IMG/VR virus record: IMGVR_UViG_3300023264_000002
Coordinates: 1-52,065 of that record
Origin: a virus
Lineage: Duplodnaviria > Caudoviricetes
Strand: one strand, 5' to 3'
Length of the DNA: 52,065 nucleotides
Positions 10,147 through 19,342 of the stretch are shown here, in pieces. The notes under the pieces were generated by a model. The model ran no database searches, had not been told where the DNA came from, and was given only the letters and a program-made list of their open reading frames with translations. The position numbers were made by a program, and so were the translations under genes. Position 1 is the stretch's first letter; every line of letters begins with the position of its first letter.

Positions 10147-11031
10147 ATGCCTATTGATTATGTTGACGCATTGGCTAGATATGAGCGAAATGATTTATTG
10201 CCCATTAATAATGATGTACGGCTTATTCGTCCTTTTGGAAGGCCTATGATGGTCTATAGAGCCTTTGATGAAGTAATGGCCGGTATAAACTCTACAAAGC
10301 GTCCACTAATTGAAAATGGTCCTCCATACTGGAACAAACTTCTTTCTTCTGTTTCAGAGATTTTTGAAACCCGATGTTTCATCGGAGGAGGGGCCATACG
10401 AGATTTCCTTTTGGACATTCCTCCTAAGGACATTGATATTTTTGTAAATCCGTGTAAAGACACTGACATTGAGGGTTTGAAAACTCAGTGTGAAGAACTT
10501 GGTTGGGGACCTGCGCATCAGGTAAAAGGCTCTGGGTACGATGGGAAGGAAAGAGAAGGAATGGACGCTCTCTCTGTTTTTGATCTTCGTCCTTCGTCTT
10601 CTCCGTGGACTCTCCAGTTGATCTTTGTCAAAGGAGATGTGGAAAATTACGTACAGGATGTCGTGAGTCGTTTTGACCTTGACATTTGTAAGAGTGCGTA
10701 TTATAATGGTGATAATGGTCCCGAGATGTTTGACAGTGATCCTGCTCAGACTGATCGGAACAATAAGACCATTACATACTCTCTTGAAGGACCTCCTTTG
10801 AATAAGTCAATTCAAAGGGCAAAGAGAATTCAAGCTCGCTTTAAAGAATTTGGTCTAGAGTTTAAGTGTAAGAAACTTTCGCCACCTAGAAAGAAGAAGG
10901 AAGAGGGTCAAAAGATGAGTCTATCTTCCTTTGAAAAAATTGAAAAAGCGAAGAGGTTTGCGAAGCTTTATGGAATGGACGGGAAAAAAGTTCTCGTAGA
11001 TAACCCTTTTAATGAAAGGCCAGAATGGTAA
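10147..11031 (+). CDS. Nucleotidyltransferase (CCA-adding / poly(A) polymerase head-like)
   Basis: FIGGGAIRD, PKDIDIF, RFDLDIC; ATG at 10147 follows GAGGT and lies downstream of the promoter. Confidence 0.85.
   Translation: MPIDYVDALARYERNDLLPINNDVRLIRPFGRPMMVYRAFDEVMAGINSTKRPLIENGPPYWNKLLSSVSEIFETRCFIGGGAIRDFLLDIPPKDIDIFVNPCKDTDIEGLKTQCEELGWGPAHQVKGSGYDGKEREGMDALSVFDLRPSSSPWTLQLIFVKGDVENYVQDVVSRFDLDICKSAYYNGDNGPEMFDSDPAQTDRNNKTITYSLEGPPLNKSIQRAKRIQARFKEFGLEFKCKKLSPPRKKKEEGQKMSLSSFEKIEKAKRFAKLYGMDGKKVLVDNPFNERPEW
10158..10188 (+). repeat. 31-bp exact direct repeat, copy 1
   Basis: TTATGTTGACGCATTGGCTAGATATGAGCGA, identical to 13849-13879. Confidence 0.95.
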
Positions 11032-12653
11032 AAAATCAACATATTAGCTGCCCTAAGTGCCCCAGCTCGGATGGATATTCAATTGATCCTACAACCGGCT
11101 GGGGTCATTGTTTTGTATGTGATGTAAATATCCCGCCTGAGAAGGCCACTAATGAAAAGAATGAGGAGGAACCCATCATCGAAAAAAGAAACCCTGCCAA
11201 GCGTCGAGAGATTACTCCGCTACCTGAGGTTTATTCAGCCCTAGAAGATCGTAACATTTCTAAAGCCGCAGCCGAACGATATAAGATTTTTCGTGTAGGT
11301 GATAAAACCTATTTCCCTAATTTCAAAGATGGTAAGCACGTTGATAATAAAGTACGTGTTACAGACAATAAGGAGAAACAGTGGCATGAAGGTGAAGATG
11401 ATGGCCTTGAGTTGTTTGGACAAACTCTTTTTCCGCCGGGATCAGCAAAATCTATTACCTTGGTCGAAGGAGAATATGATGCTCCCTCCGGATTTGAGTT
11501 ATTGGGTTCGAAGTACCCCGTTGTGTCAACGATTAATGGAACGGGATCAGCAGAACGAGATGCACGAAACAACTTTGAGTACCTCAACAGTTTTCCAGAA
11601 GTTGTCATCAACTTCGATAATGACGAACCCGGACAGAAAGCTGCTAAGAAGGTGGCTGCTCTCTTTGCCCCCGGCAAAGTTAGAATTCTTAGCGGACGAA
11701 AGTTCAAGGATGCGAATGAATATCTAAATGATCGAGCGCACGGAGAATATACCAAGGAGTGGTGGCAGGCTCCTAAGTTCACACCGGACGGTCTAAAGTT
11801 TGGTACGGATATTTGGGACGAGATTGTCAATCGTCCTAATCATTTTCAGGTTCCGTATCCGTGGGAAGGATTGAATAAGCTTACGTATGGAATTCGTCTA
11901 TCTGAATTGACTGTTATTACGGCTGAGACAGGTAGAGGAAAAACATCTATCATCAAGGAAATTGAATATACACTCCTTACGAACCCTGATATTATCGAAA
12001 AAGGTTATGGAGTTGGGTTCATGCATCTCGAAGAGCCTAATTACGATACCGGTCTTGGTCTTATGTCTATCCATAATGGTAAACCTTATCACCTTCCTGA
12101 CACTGAACGTAACCACGATGAACTACGTGCCGCTTATGACGCTGTTGTTAATTCCAACCGCGTTATCATTTGGGATCACTTTGGAAGCAATTCTGTTGAT
12201 GCAGTTTTGGACAAGGTACGTCACATGCACGCTTTGGGTTGCAAGTATATTGTTCTTGACCATCTCAGTATCGTGGTTAGTGACCAATCTGGCGATGAGC
12301 GTAAACAGCTAGACGAGATTTCTACCAAACTTAAAACCTTGTGTATGGAGTTAAACATTGCCCTCATCTGTGTTATTCATCAGAACAGACAGGGGCAAAT
12401 TAGAGGAACAGCAGGTGTCGAGCAACTGGCTAACATTGTCATCAAAATCCGACGAGATATTACAGACCCTGATCCGTGGAGACGAAACATTACATCTGTC
12501 ATGGTCGAAAAGAACAGGTTTAGTGGTCGAGCTGGTCCGGCGGGATATTTATGGTATAATGAGATGACCGGACGATTAATGGAACTTAACGAGGAAGAAT
12601 CAAGGAGATTTGAAAATGGTGAAAGACAGAGAGATGATGAACGCCCTTTCTAA
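11025..12653 (+). CDS. T7 gp4-like DNA primase/helicase
   Basis: CPKC...HCFVC Zn domain, TOPRIM EGEYDA and FDNDEPG, Walker A-like AETGRGKT, LDHL, KNRFSG. Confidence 0.95.
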   Translation: MVKNQHISCPKCPSSDGYSIDPTTGWGHCFVCDVNIPPEKATNEKNEEEPIIEKRNPAKRREITPLPEVYSALEDRNISKAAAERYKIFRVGDKTYFPNFKDGKHVDNKVRVTDNKEKQWHEGEDDGLELFGQTLFPPGSAKSITLVEGEYDAPSGFELLGSKYPVVSTINGTGSAERDARNNFEYLNSFPEVVINFDNDEPGQKAAKKVAALFAPGKVRILSGRKFKDANEYLNDRAHGEYTKEWWQAPKFTPDGLKFGTDIWDEIVNRPNHFQVPYPWEGLNKLTYGIRLSELTVITAETGRGKTSIIKEIEYTLLTNPDIIEKGYGVGFMHLEEPNYDTGLGLMSIHNGKPYHLPDTERNHDELRAAYDAVVNSNRVIIWDHFGSNSVDAVLDKVRHMHALGCKYIVLDHLSIVVSDQSGDERKQLDEISTKLKTLCMELNIALICVIHQNRQGQIRGTAGVEQLANIVIKIRRDITDPDPWRRNITSVMVEKNRFSGRAGPAGYLWYNEMTGRLMELNEEESRRFENGERQRDDERPF

Positions 12654-12936
12654 CTATGTCGGATTGAATATTAGAGAATATCTCATTGCGGCAATTGAGA
12701 GTTTTGATTATGATCCACCGAGCTCTGATTATCAGGAAGGTTATCTAAGCGCTCTCAAAGATATTCGTCGAGAAATTTTTCATCTTGAAAAAGGTACAAG
12801 ATGATGAGCGACCATTCTAAATATCTTGATAACTTAATAAAGTACATTGAAGAACGATATTCTTCAACAGGGAAAAATGGAGTAGCTAGAGTTTATCTCT
12901 ATTATGAAGATATTCAAACATTAAAAGAGATTAAAG

Positions 12937-13191
12937 ATGTACTATACACACATAAATCGTAATGTAATTGATAGCAACAGAAAGCATGGAAGAAATGATC
13001 CGCCAGTACGTTTCCAGAAAGGTAAATACGGCAAGCCAACTTACGCTCATTCTGTTAGTTTGCCTGCTGGTTCTCGGGTGGTTTATGACCATAAGGGAAC
13101 TATACTACCTTGTGGTGCACGTCTTGTCATAATTTCAGAAGAGGAACCAACGATTGTATTTAACGCCAACGAAGAAACACTGGATAATTGA
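12937..13191 (+). CDS. Hypothetical phage protein
   Basis: 84-aa ORF, HINRNVI...LPCGAR. Confidence 0.7.
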   Translation: MYYTHINRNVIDSNRKHGRNDPPVRFQKGKYGKPTYAHSVSLPAGSRVVYDHKGTILPCGARLVIISEEEPTIVFNANEETLDN

Positions 13192-15010
13192 TATCGAAAC
13201 AGACAGCCTAGATGCAACCGTAATCTGGGTAATGTGTGCTAAAAACGCTAAAACAAAACAAGAAAAGACGTTTACAAGCTATGAAACAATTAGAGACTTC
13301 ATACAAGGAGAGCTTGCCCGAGGGTGTGTCTTTGTTGGGCAAAATATCCTCTCGTTCGACGCCCCTGTTCTCAATCGTCTTGCTGGTACTAGGATTGCCA
13401 GTGTACGTCTGGTGGATACTTTTCTCTTGTCTATGTTATATTCCCCTTCGTTGCGTGGAGGTCATAGCTTGGATGCTTGGGGTGAGAGACTCGGGGAAAG
13501 GAAAATTCTCTTCAAGGACTTCTCCCGTCTTACTGATGAGATGATTGAATACTGTCTACAGGATGTACGCGTCACTTGTAAGATGTATGAACGTTTGACA
13601 GCAAGAATGCGAGAAATCGGTTTCTCTGAGGATAGTGTTAAGATTGAGCATCTTTCTTGGAGGAATATTCAGAAGCAGAAGAAGAACGGCTTTAAGTTTG
13701 ACCAACCTAGAGCTCACGCTTTGTTTGCTCAACTTCGTGGACTTGAAGAAGAAATCAAAGAAGAAATCTATCATGCCTTCCCCCCTGTATTACTCCCCTT
13801 CAAAACGTACTCTAAAGCTTATAAGCTCGATGGATCACCAACTAAAAGTTATGTTGACGCATTGGCTAGATATGAGCGAGTTGAACTTATCGACGGAGGA
13901 GGGTATCAAACGTATGCGTTTGAGGAGTTCAATCTTGGATCACCTAAACAGCGAGTTGAGAAACTCCTTGAGCTTGGATGGGAACCTTATCCCGACGAAT
14001 ACACAAAAATAACTGAGAAAGGTGGCGGAGGAAATCCTACACCAACGTACAAAGGAGAGCTTGTTCCTTCTCTTATGAAATTTTGTGAGGAACATAACGT
14101 ACCTGAAGTGAAGCTTATTGCTGAATGGATGGCTTTTAACGGTCGAGCTAACATGATTGGAAACTGGCTTGATCTTTATAATGAAGAAACAGGATGTATT
14201 CATGGAAACTTGTGGCTTGCCAATACTCTTCGATATCGTCATTCTGATCCTAATACTGCTAACATTCCTGCTGTTCGTTTGGATAAAAACACTAAAGAAG
14301 TTTTGCGAGGACGACAAGGATTTTTCACCTATGAGTCGCGTGATTTGTGGACTACTCGGTGTCCCGCTACTCATAATTTAGTCGGTGTTGACGCTAAAGG
14401 TATTCAGCTTCGTGTACTCGCCCATCACCTAAACAATCCAAACTACACAGCGCAGGTTCTTGGAGGTGATCCCCATACTTATACACAAACAATCACAGAA
14501 ACAGGTACGCGAGCCCAAAACAAAAACTTCATTTATGCCTACCTTCTTGGTGGCGGTAATGCGAAGCTTGGTGCCCTTCTAGGTGTTAGTGCCCAAAAAG
14601 GCGCAAGGATTAAGAATAAGTTTACGAACAGCTTTCCCGGTCTTAAAGAGCTTCTTCAGAAAATTCAGGGAGAAGTAGATCGTACGGGACGATTGACTTT
14701 GTGTGATGGAGCAAAAGCTCTTGTACCTGAAGCGCGACTTGCTCTTGCTTATCTTTTGCAAGGCGATGAAAGTCGTATTATGAGACAAGCAGGAATTTAT
14801 GTAGATGAAGACGTTCGAAGAAAAGGATTGGATGTCCTTAAGGTTGGTGACATTCATGATGAATGGCAGTCTGATGTCAGCATCGGGGACACAGAAGAGT
14901 ATCTCAGAGTTTGTACAGAAGCGTTTAAACGAGCGGGAGAGACGTTTCGCTACAATCTCCCTATTGAATGTGACGGAAAGGTAGGAAAGACATGGGCAGA
15001 AACCCACTAG
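13154..15010 (+). CDS. DNA polymerase family A with 3'-5' exonuclease
   Basis: Exo motifs DIETD, NILSFD, YCLQDV; motif A DAKGIQLR, motif B KNFIYAYLLG, motif C HDE. Confidence 0.96.
   Translation: MYLTPTKKHWIIDIETDSLDATVIWVMCAKNAKTKQEKTFTSYETIRDFIQGELARGCVFVGQNILSFDAPVLNRLAGTRIASVRLVDTFLLSMLYSPSLRGGHSLDAWGERLGERKILFKDFSRLTDEMIEYCLQDVRVTCKMYERLTARMREIGFSEDSVKIEHLSWRNIQKQKKNGFKFDQPRAHALFAQLRGLEEEIKEEIYHAFPPVLLPFKTYSKAYKLDGSPTKSYVDALARYERVELIDGGGYQTYAFEEFNLGSPKQRVEKLLELGWEPYPDEYTKITEKGGGGNPTPTYKGELVPSLMKFCEEHNVPEVKLIAEWMAFNGRANMIGNWLDLYNEETGCIHGNLWLANTLRYRHSDPNTANIPAVRLDKNTKEVLRGRQGFFTYESRDLWTTRCPATHNLVGVDAKGIQLRVLAHHLNNPNYTAQVLGGDPHTYTQTITETGTRAQNKNFIYAYLLGGGNAKLGALLGVSAQKGARIKNKFTNSFPGLKELLQKIQGEVDRTGRLTLCDGAKALVPEARLALAYLLQGDESRIMRQAGIYVDEDVRRKGLDVLKVGDIHDEWQSDVSIGDTEEYLRVCTEAFKRAGETFRYNLPIECDGKVGKTWAETH
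13849..13879 (+). repeat. 31-bp exact direct repeat, copy 2
   Basis: Identical to 10158-10188 and read in the same frame (YVDALARYER). Confidence 0.95.
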
Positions 15011-15483
15011 CGTTTTCTGATGATTGGGCAGCTTGGTCATATCTTAGTAAGAAAGGATATGAAATGACAAATGGTGTTATTAAGTTTCGCCCGGAAAAAC
15101 TAGGAAATATGCCAAAGGATGAACAAGAAGCAATTGATTATCTTGTTTTTGAATGGGATTGGGCTTATGAATAAAGACTCATTAATTGAACGATTATACG
15201 AACGAAATGATATTTTAGCTGGAGAGGATGGGTTCTTTATTTTCTGGCCTACAAGAAATTACGGATCATTTACTGAAGAAGACCTTCGAGAAATTGCTGA
15301 CGAGCTTGAACGAAAAAACAAGATAGTTGAAATAACATTTTATGGAATGCTTTAAGAGTTGACAAGAGATGAACAAAGACACACTAAGAGATTCAATTAT
15401 TCACGGTTTAAGGATGGCAGGATGGTCTCGTATTGAGGCAGAACAGGAAGCAGATAATCGTATTTTAAGACAACATAAAAAGG

Positions 15484-15512
15484 TTGACAAGACCCCTTAA
15501 ACCTGTTATAAT
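15484..15512 (+). promoter_or_regulatory. Sigma70-type promoter
   Basis: TTGACA (15484-15489), 17-nt spacer, TATAAT (15507-15512). Confidence 0.9.
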
Positions 15513-15546
15513 ACCCTATTGAGCCAGAGATATAAGGAGAAAAATT

Positions 15547-16068
15547 TTGGCAAAAGATGGTACATACTACATTCGCGGTAAGGCTTTTTATGCGAAGGTT
15601 CTTGGCCGACCTGTTCCGAATTTTGGAAAGGATGGGTTTGAATGGACGATTGAGCTCGAACCTAATAAGGAAGGCAAGGCTCTTTTGAAGGACCTTGGTG
15701 TTGATGACCGTATCTCTAAGGGAGAAAAGGGTAATCGAATTCTCTTCCGACAGAAGGAGAAGCGTCTTGATGGAACGCCTAATAGGCCGATCACAGTGGT
15801 TGATGACAATAATCATCCGTGGCCACAAGATAAGTTGATTGGTAACGAGTCTATTGTTGATCTGAAGTTTAATTACAAGGATTACGGCAAGGGTAAGAAG
15901 GCGGGTCTTTATCCTCAGGGTATTCGAATTCTTGAACACGTTCCTTATGAACGTGTTGAGTTTGCGCCTCTGAAGGAAGATGATGAATTCTTCCGACGCG
16001 ATGATGATCCTGCTCCTGATTTCAGGAACGATTTTGACATCCCTGAAGACGACGATGACATTGCTTAA
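15547..16068 (+). CDS. Single-stranded DNA-binding protein (T7 gp2.5-like)
   Basis: IGNES motif, acidic C-terminal tail, position after PolA; TTG start with AGGAG. Confidence 0.8.
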   Translation: MAKDGTYYIRGKAFYAKVLGRPVPNFGKDGFEWTIELEPNKEGKALLKDLGVDDRISKGEKGNRILFRQKEKRLDGTPNRPITVVDDNNHPWPQDKLIGNESIVDLKFNYKDYGKGKKAGLYPQGIRILEHVPYERVEFAPLKEDDEFFRRDDDPAPDFRNDFDIPEDDDDIA

Positions 16069-16142
16069 GGCAGGTTGACAACTAGGGGGACTTAGTTGTC
16101 GAACGGGTGTTTTACCGAGCCCGTGTCATAATTCGGTATCCT

Positions 16143-16217
16143 GCGGTCAAGCACACGGATTGTGTCGTCGGTCTTCCAAACCGTACTGAGAAGGGTTCGA
16201 TTCCCTCTGGCCGCTCC
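16143..16217 (+). tRNA. tRNA-Gly(TCC), atypical; encodes CC but not the terminal A
   Basis: Acceptor GCGGTCA/TGGCCGC, U73, anticodon loop CTTCCAA, T-loop TTCGATT; irregular D-arm. Confidence 0.75.
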
Positions 16218-16291
16218 GCCGGTTTAGCTCAATGGTAGAGCAACACCTTTGTACGATGTAGATGTGGGTTCGATTCCTACAACCGGCTCCA
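16218..16291 (+). tRNA. tRNA-Thr(TGT)
   Basis: Acceptor GCCGGTT/AACCGGC, D-arm TAGCTCAATGGTAGAGC, loop TTTGTAC, GGTTCGATTCC, encoded CCA; one mismatch in the anticodon stem. Confidence 0.88.
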
Positions 16292-16404
16292 GTTTTAGAA
16301 TTAGATGCGGTGCCTGAACTGAGACGCATCGATGCCCCTAGTACAAGGAGTCCGGCACCAGAAAATATAGGAATGTACCACCGCATCTAAACATAGGAAA
16401 AAGT

Positions 16405-17274
16405 ATGCCAAGTATTGATACTCTTGTAGAGGATATTTATGCGCTATTTGACGACGAAAATCACCACGAGCCTAGTCAAGAGAACCTTGAGGAGCTTGGC
16501 CGTAACATTATTGATCTCGTTCGCTCACGAGTGGCTAAGAACGAAAGAGAAAGAGGCGCACTAAGATTTTCTTCGCTTGGTAAACCAGATCGTCAACTGT
16601 GGTACGAACATAATACACCCGAAGATGGTGAAAAGTTTTTACCTAAAACACAGTTTAAGTTTCTTTATGGCGATGTAATCGAACAGCTTCTTTTGTTTCT
16701 GGCAAAGGAAGCAGGACATGACGTACAGCGAGAGCAGGAGGAGATTGAAGTAGATGGAGTCAAAGGACACATCGATGCTATCATTGATGGAGTTACGACA
16801 GATGTCAAGTCGGCGTCTCCATTCTCTTTTAAAAAGTTCGAACAACGAAAATTATTCGATGACGATCCATTCGGTTATATTGGACAAATATGTGGCTACG
16901 CTGACACGCTTACTCCGAATGAAGGGGGTGCGTTTTTAGTAGCAGATAAGGTTCATGGTGATATCGGCCTCATGAAGGTCGATGAAGACACCGTGAGGCT
17001 TAATGAACCACAGAAGAGGATTACACACCTAAAAGACGTTATCGCGTCTCCTGAGCCTCCTCCGCGCTGTTATGAGCCTATTCCTGAAGGCAAGCAGGGC
17101 AACATGAAGCTTGGACTGAATTGTTCTTATTGTAAGTTTCGATTTAAGTGCTGGGACGATGCAAATAATGGTCATGGGCTTCGTACGTTTCTATATTATG
17201 GAGGACCTGTTTACTTTACTCATATTGAGAAAGAACCAATGGTTCCGGAGTTAAAAGAAAATGACGAAGAATGA
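16405..17274 (+). CDS. PD-(D/E)XK Cas4-like exonuclease
   Basis: LRFSSLGKPDRQLWY, GHIDAIID, DVKS, CSYCKFRFKCW. Confidence 0.85.
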   Translation: MPSIDTLVEDIYALFDDENHHEPSQENLEELGRNIIDLVRSRVAKNERERGALRFSSLGKPDRQLWYEHNTPEDGEKFLPKTQFKFLYGDVIEQLLLFLAKEAGHDVQREQEEIEVDGVKGHIDAIIDGVTTDVKSASPFSFKKFEQRKLFDDDPFGYIGQICGYADTLTPNEGGAFLVADKVHGDIGLMKVDEDTVRLNEPQKRITHLKDVIASPEPPPRCYEPIPEGKQGNMKLGLNCSYCKFRFKCWDDANNGHGLRTFLYYGGPVYFTHIEKEPMVPELKENDEE

Positions 17275-17399
17275 AGAAAAACTCATTCGTGAGAATGAAC
17301 GATTGAAAGCTTGTATTAGAGCTGTTAAAGGTTATGCAGTTTCTTCAACTTTCGGTAGTTGGAGGTTTGACATTGTAGAGATTATTAATAGGACAATAG

Positions 17400-17606
17400 A
17401 TGAATAACGAATTGAAAATTAAACCTTTGCTTGAATACCGAGTTGAATGGGGAAATGGAACACACATTAAGTTTACAGCCGATAGTCATTCAGATGACGG
17501 TGAAAAGCTTACATTTTTTCGTACAGGAAATGTGATTAGAGAAATCTATCATAAGAACGACCCCGTTACTCAGTTGATTGTGACACCTGTTGAGCAGGGG
17601 GAATAA
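17400..17606 (+). CDS. Hypothetical protein
   Basis: ORF track; AGGA upstream. Confidence 0.55.
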   Translation: MNNELKIKPLLEYRVEWGNGTHIKFTADSHSDDGEKLTFFRTGNVIREIYHKNDPVTQLIVTPVEQGE

Positions 17607-17994
17607 GACAAAACATCCTGACGGGATGACGTTTCGCTCCGATCTCGAACTCCGCGTCTATCAAGCGGCCAAAAGAAGCCGTAAGACGTTGGAGTACGAG
17701 CCGGGATTTATTCCGTACATTATCAAGGGAAACTATCTTCCTGATTTCATTCTTCCTAACGGAATTGTTATTGAAGCAAAAGGACGACTTGACGCAGGTA
17801 CGTGTCGTAAGATGCGTTGCGTAAAAGCTAGTAACCCTGATCTTGATATACGATTTGTATTTCAGGATGCCCGTCAGAAACTCAATAAGAGAAGTAAGCT
17901 TCGATATTGGGAATGGGCAGAACGATACGGATTTCAATGGGCCGAAGGAACAATTCCTCTGGCATGGTGGAAAGAGGAAAAGAAACTTGGATAA
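17590..17994 (+). CDS. T7 endonuclease I-like Holliday junction resolvase
   Basis: FRSDLE, YLPDFILPNGIVIEAKG, LDIRFVF, YWEWAERYGF. Confidence 0.92.
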   Translation: MSRGNKTKHPDGMTFRSDLELRVYQAAKRSRKTLEYEPGFIPYIIKGNYLPDFILPNGIVIEAKGRLDAGTCRKMRCVKASNPDLDIRFVFQDARQKLNKRSKLRYWEWAERYGFQWAEGTIPLAWWKEEKKLG

Positions 17995-18706
17995 ACCAAA
18001 AATTCTAGTCTTGGATATTGAGACACGACCTACGGTTGCCTATGTATGGCGATTGTTTAAGGAAAATATCGGGCTTCCTCAAATTATTGATCCAGGTGGC
18101 ATGATTTGTTTTTGTGCTAAGTGGTTTGGTGAAAAAGAAATGTTTACTTATAGTGATTGGGAACATGGTCATGACGAAATGGTTAGGCAGGCTCACCGGC
18201 TTATCAGTGATGCTGACGGTGTTGTCACTTATAATGGCGATAAGTTTGATCTTCCTAAACTCAGTGGAGAGTTCTTGGTGGCAGGGCTCGCCCCTCCTCC
18301 TCCCGTTACTAGCATCGACGTTTATAAGACTGTTCGGTATAAGCTTGGTTTTCTCAATAATCGTCTCGCTTTTGTGGGGCCATTACTCAGGGTGGGGTCG
18401 AAAGTCAAGCACGCGGGATTTGAATTGTGGGCGAAGGTAAATGATGGAGACCCTATTGCTCAGAAAAAGATGGAGAAGTATTGTGCACAGGACGTTCGAC
18501 TCCTTGAAAGAGTCTATAAGAAAATCCGTCCTTACATACACAATCATCCCCATATGGGTGAAGTCAAAGCTTTTGCCTGTGGTGCTTGCGGGTCTCATAA
18601 GATACAGAGTCGCGGTTATCGACGGACCAAGAGTTTCCGAATTCAGCGAATTCATTGTCAGACCTGCGGTAGTTGGCAGGACGGAAAGCGTGAGAAGGTA
18701 GTTTAA
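17987..18706 (+). CDS. DnaQ/RNase H-like 3'-5' exonuclease with C-terminal Zn ribbon
   Basis: LDIET, YNGDKFD, YCAQDV, CGACGS...CQTCG; TTG start at 17987 inferred. Confidence 0.88.
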   Translation: MDKPKILVLDIETRPTVAYVWRLFKENIGLPQIIDPGGMICFCAKWFGEKEMFTYSDWEHGHDEMVRQAHRLISDADGVVTYNGDKFDLPKLSGEFLVAGLAPPPPVTSIDVYKTVRYKLGFLNNRLAFVGPLLRVGSKVKHAGFELWAKVNDGDPIAQKKMEKYCAQDVRLLERVYKKIRPYIHNHPHMGEVKAFACGACGSHKIQSRGYRRTKSFRIQRIHCQTCGSWQDGKREKVV

Positions 18707-18949
18707 ATAATGCGTAAAGAACTAAGAGATCAGATTATCGATTTCTTTGATCCTTGGGACCTTGTAGAATATCTCAATATTCCCGTCGAAGACATTGTAG
18801 ATGCCTTTGAAGAGTATATTGAAACACTCGAAGAGGATATTGAGGAATTTATTGGAGTCGTACGGAATGAAGAGGGTATAGAATAATGTTTGGTTTGATA
18901 ATGACTTACTACTTTTGGCTAGGTTATGAGGCTGAGGAATTTCATAAAG

Positions 18950-19342
18950 ATGACTGAGGAAGAGTTTCGATATGGGACAAATAAAGAACAGGACCCGACA
19001 GGTAAACAGCCTAATGAACCCGGAGCTAAGCTCGATGCCGGGAAAATTGCGGTGTGGAGAGGGGCATTCAATTATTTTCCCTGTGCAATCGAGCAGGTTG
19101 CTGCCGTTTCTACTTTCGGAGCTCGAAAATATGCTTGGAAGGGATGGGAAACCGTACCGGATGGAATTAATCGTTACTCAGATGCAATGGCCCGACACTT
19201 AATTGAAGAAGGTCAAGGGCACGTCGACGATAAAGATAGTGGTTTGTTGATTGCTGCTCATACTGCGTGGAATGCTCTTGCCAGACTTGAACTTATGTTG
19301 AGGAAAGATAAGAATGTTGAAAATAATCCAGAAATGGTCTAA
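18950..19342 (+). CDS. dATP/dGTP diphosphohydrolase-like protein (DUF5664 type)
   Basis: GAKLDAGK, FGARKY...W, RYSDAMARH, DSGL..AH.AWNALA. Confidence 0.85.
   Translation: MTEEEFRYGTNKEQDPTGKQPNEPGAKLDAGKIAVWRGAFNYFPCAIEQVAAVSTFGARKYAWKGWETVPDGINRYSDAMARHLIEEGQGHVDDKDSGLLIAAHTAWNALARLELMLRKDKNVENNPEMV

Noticed and set aside
15359-15390. Additional TTGACAAG upstream of the SSB promoter
   Set aside because: No convincing -10 element at 16-18 nt spacing
16335-16356. Resemblance of CCTAGTACAAGGAGTCCGG to the 23S sarcin-ricin loop
   Set aside because: The GAGA tetraloop is missing and the match is too short to support mimicry
16405-17274. Cas4-like gene as evidence of CRISPR-Cas
   Set aside because: No repeat-spacer array or other cas genes seen; solo Cas4-like nucleases are common in phage replication modules
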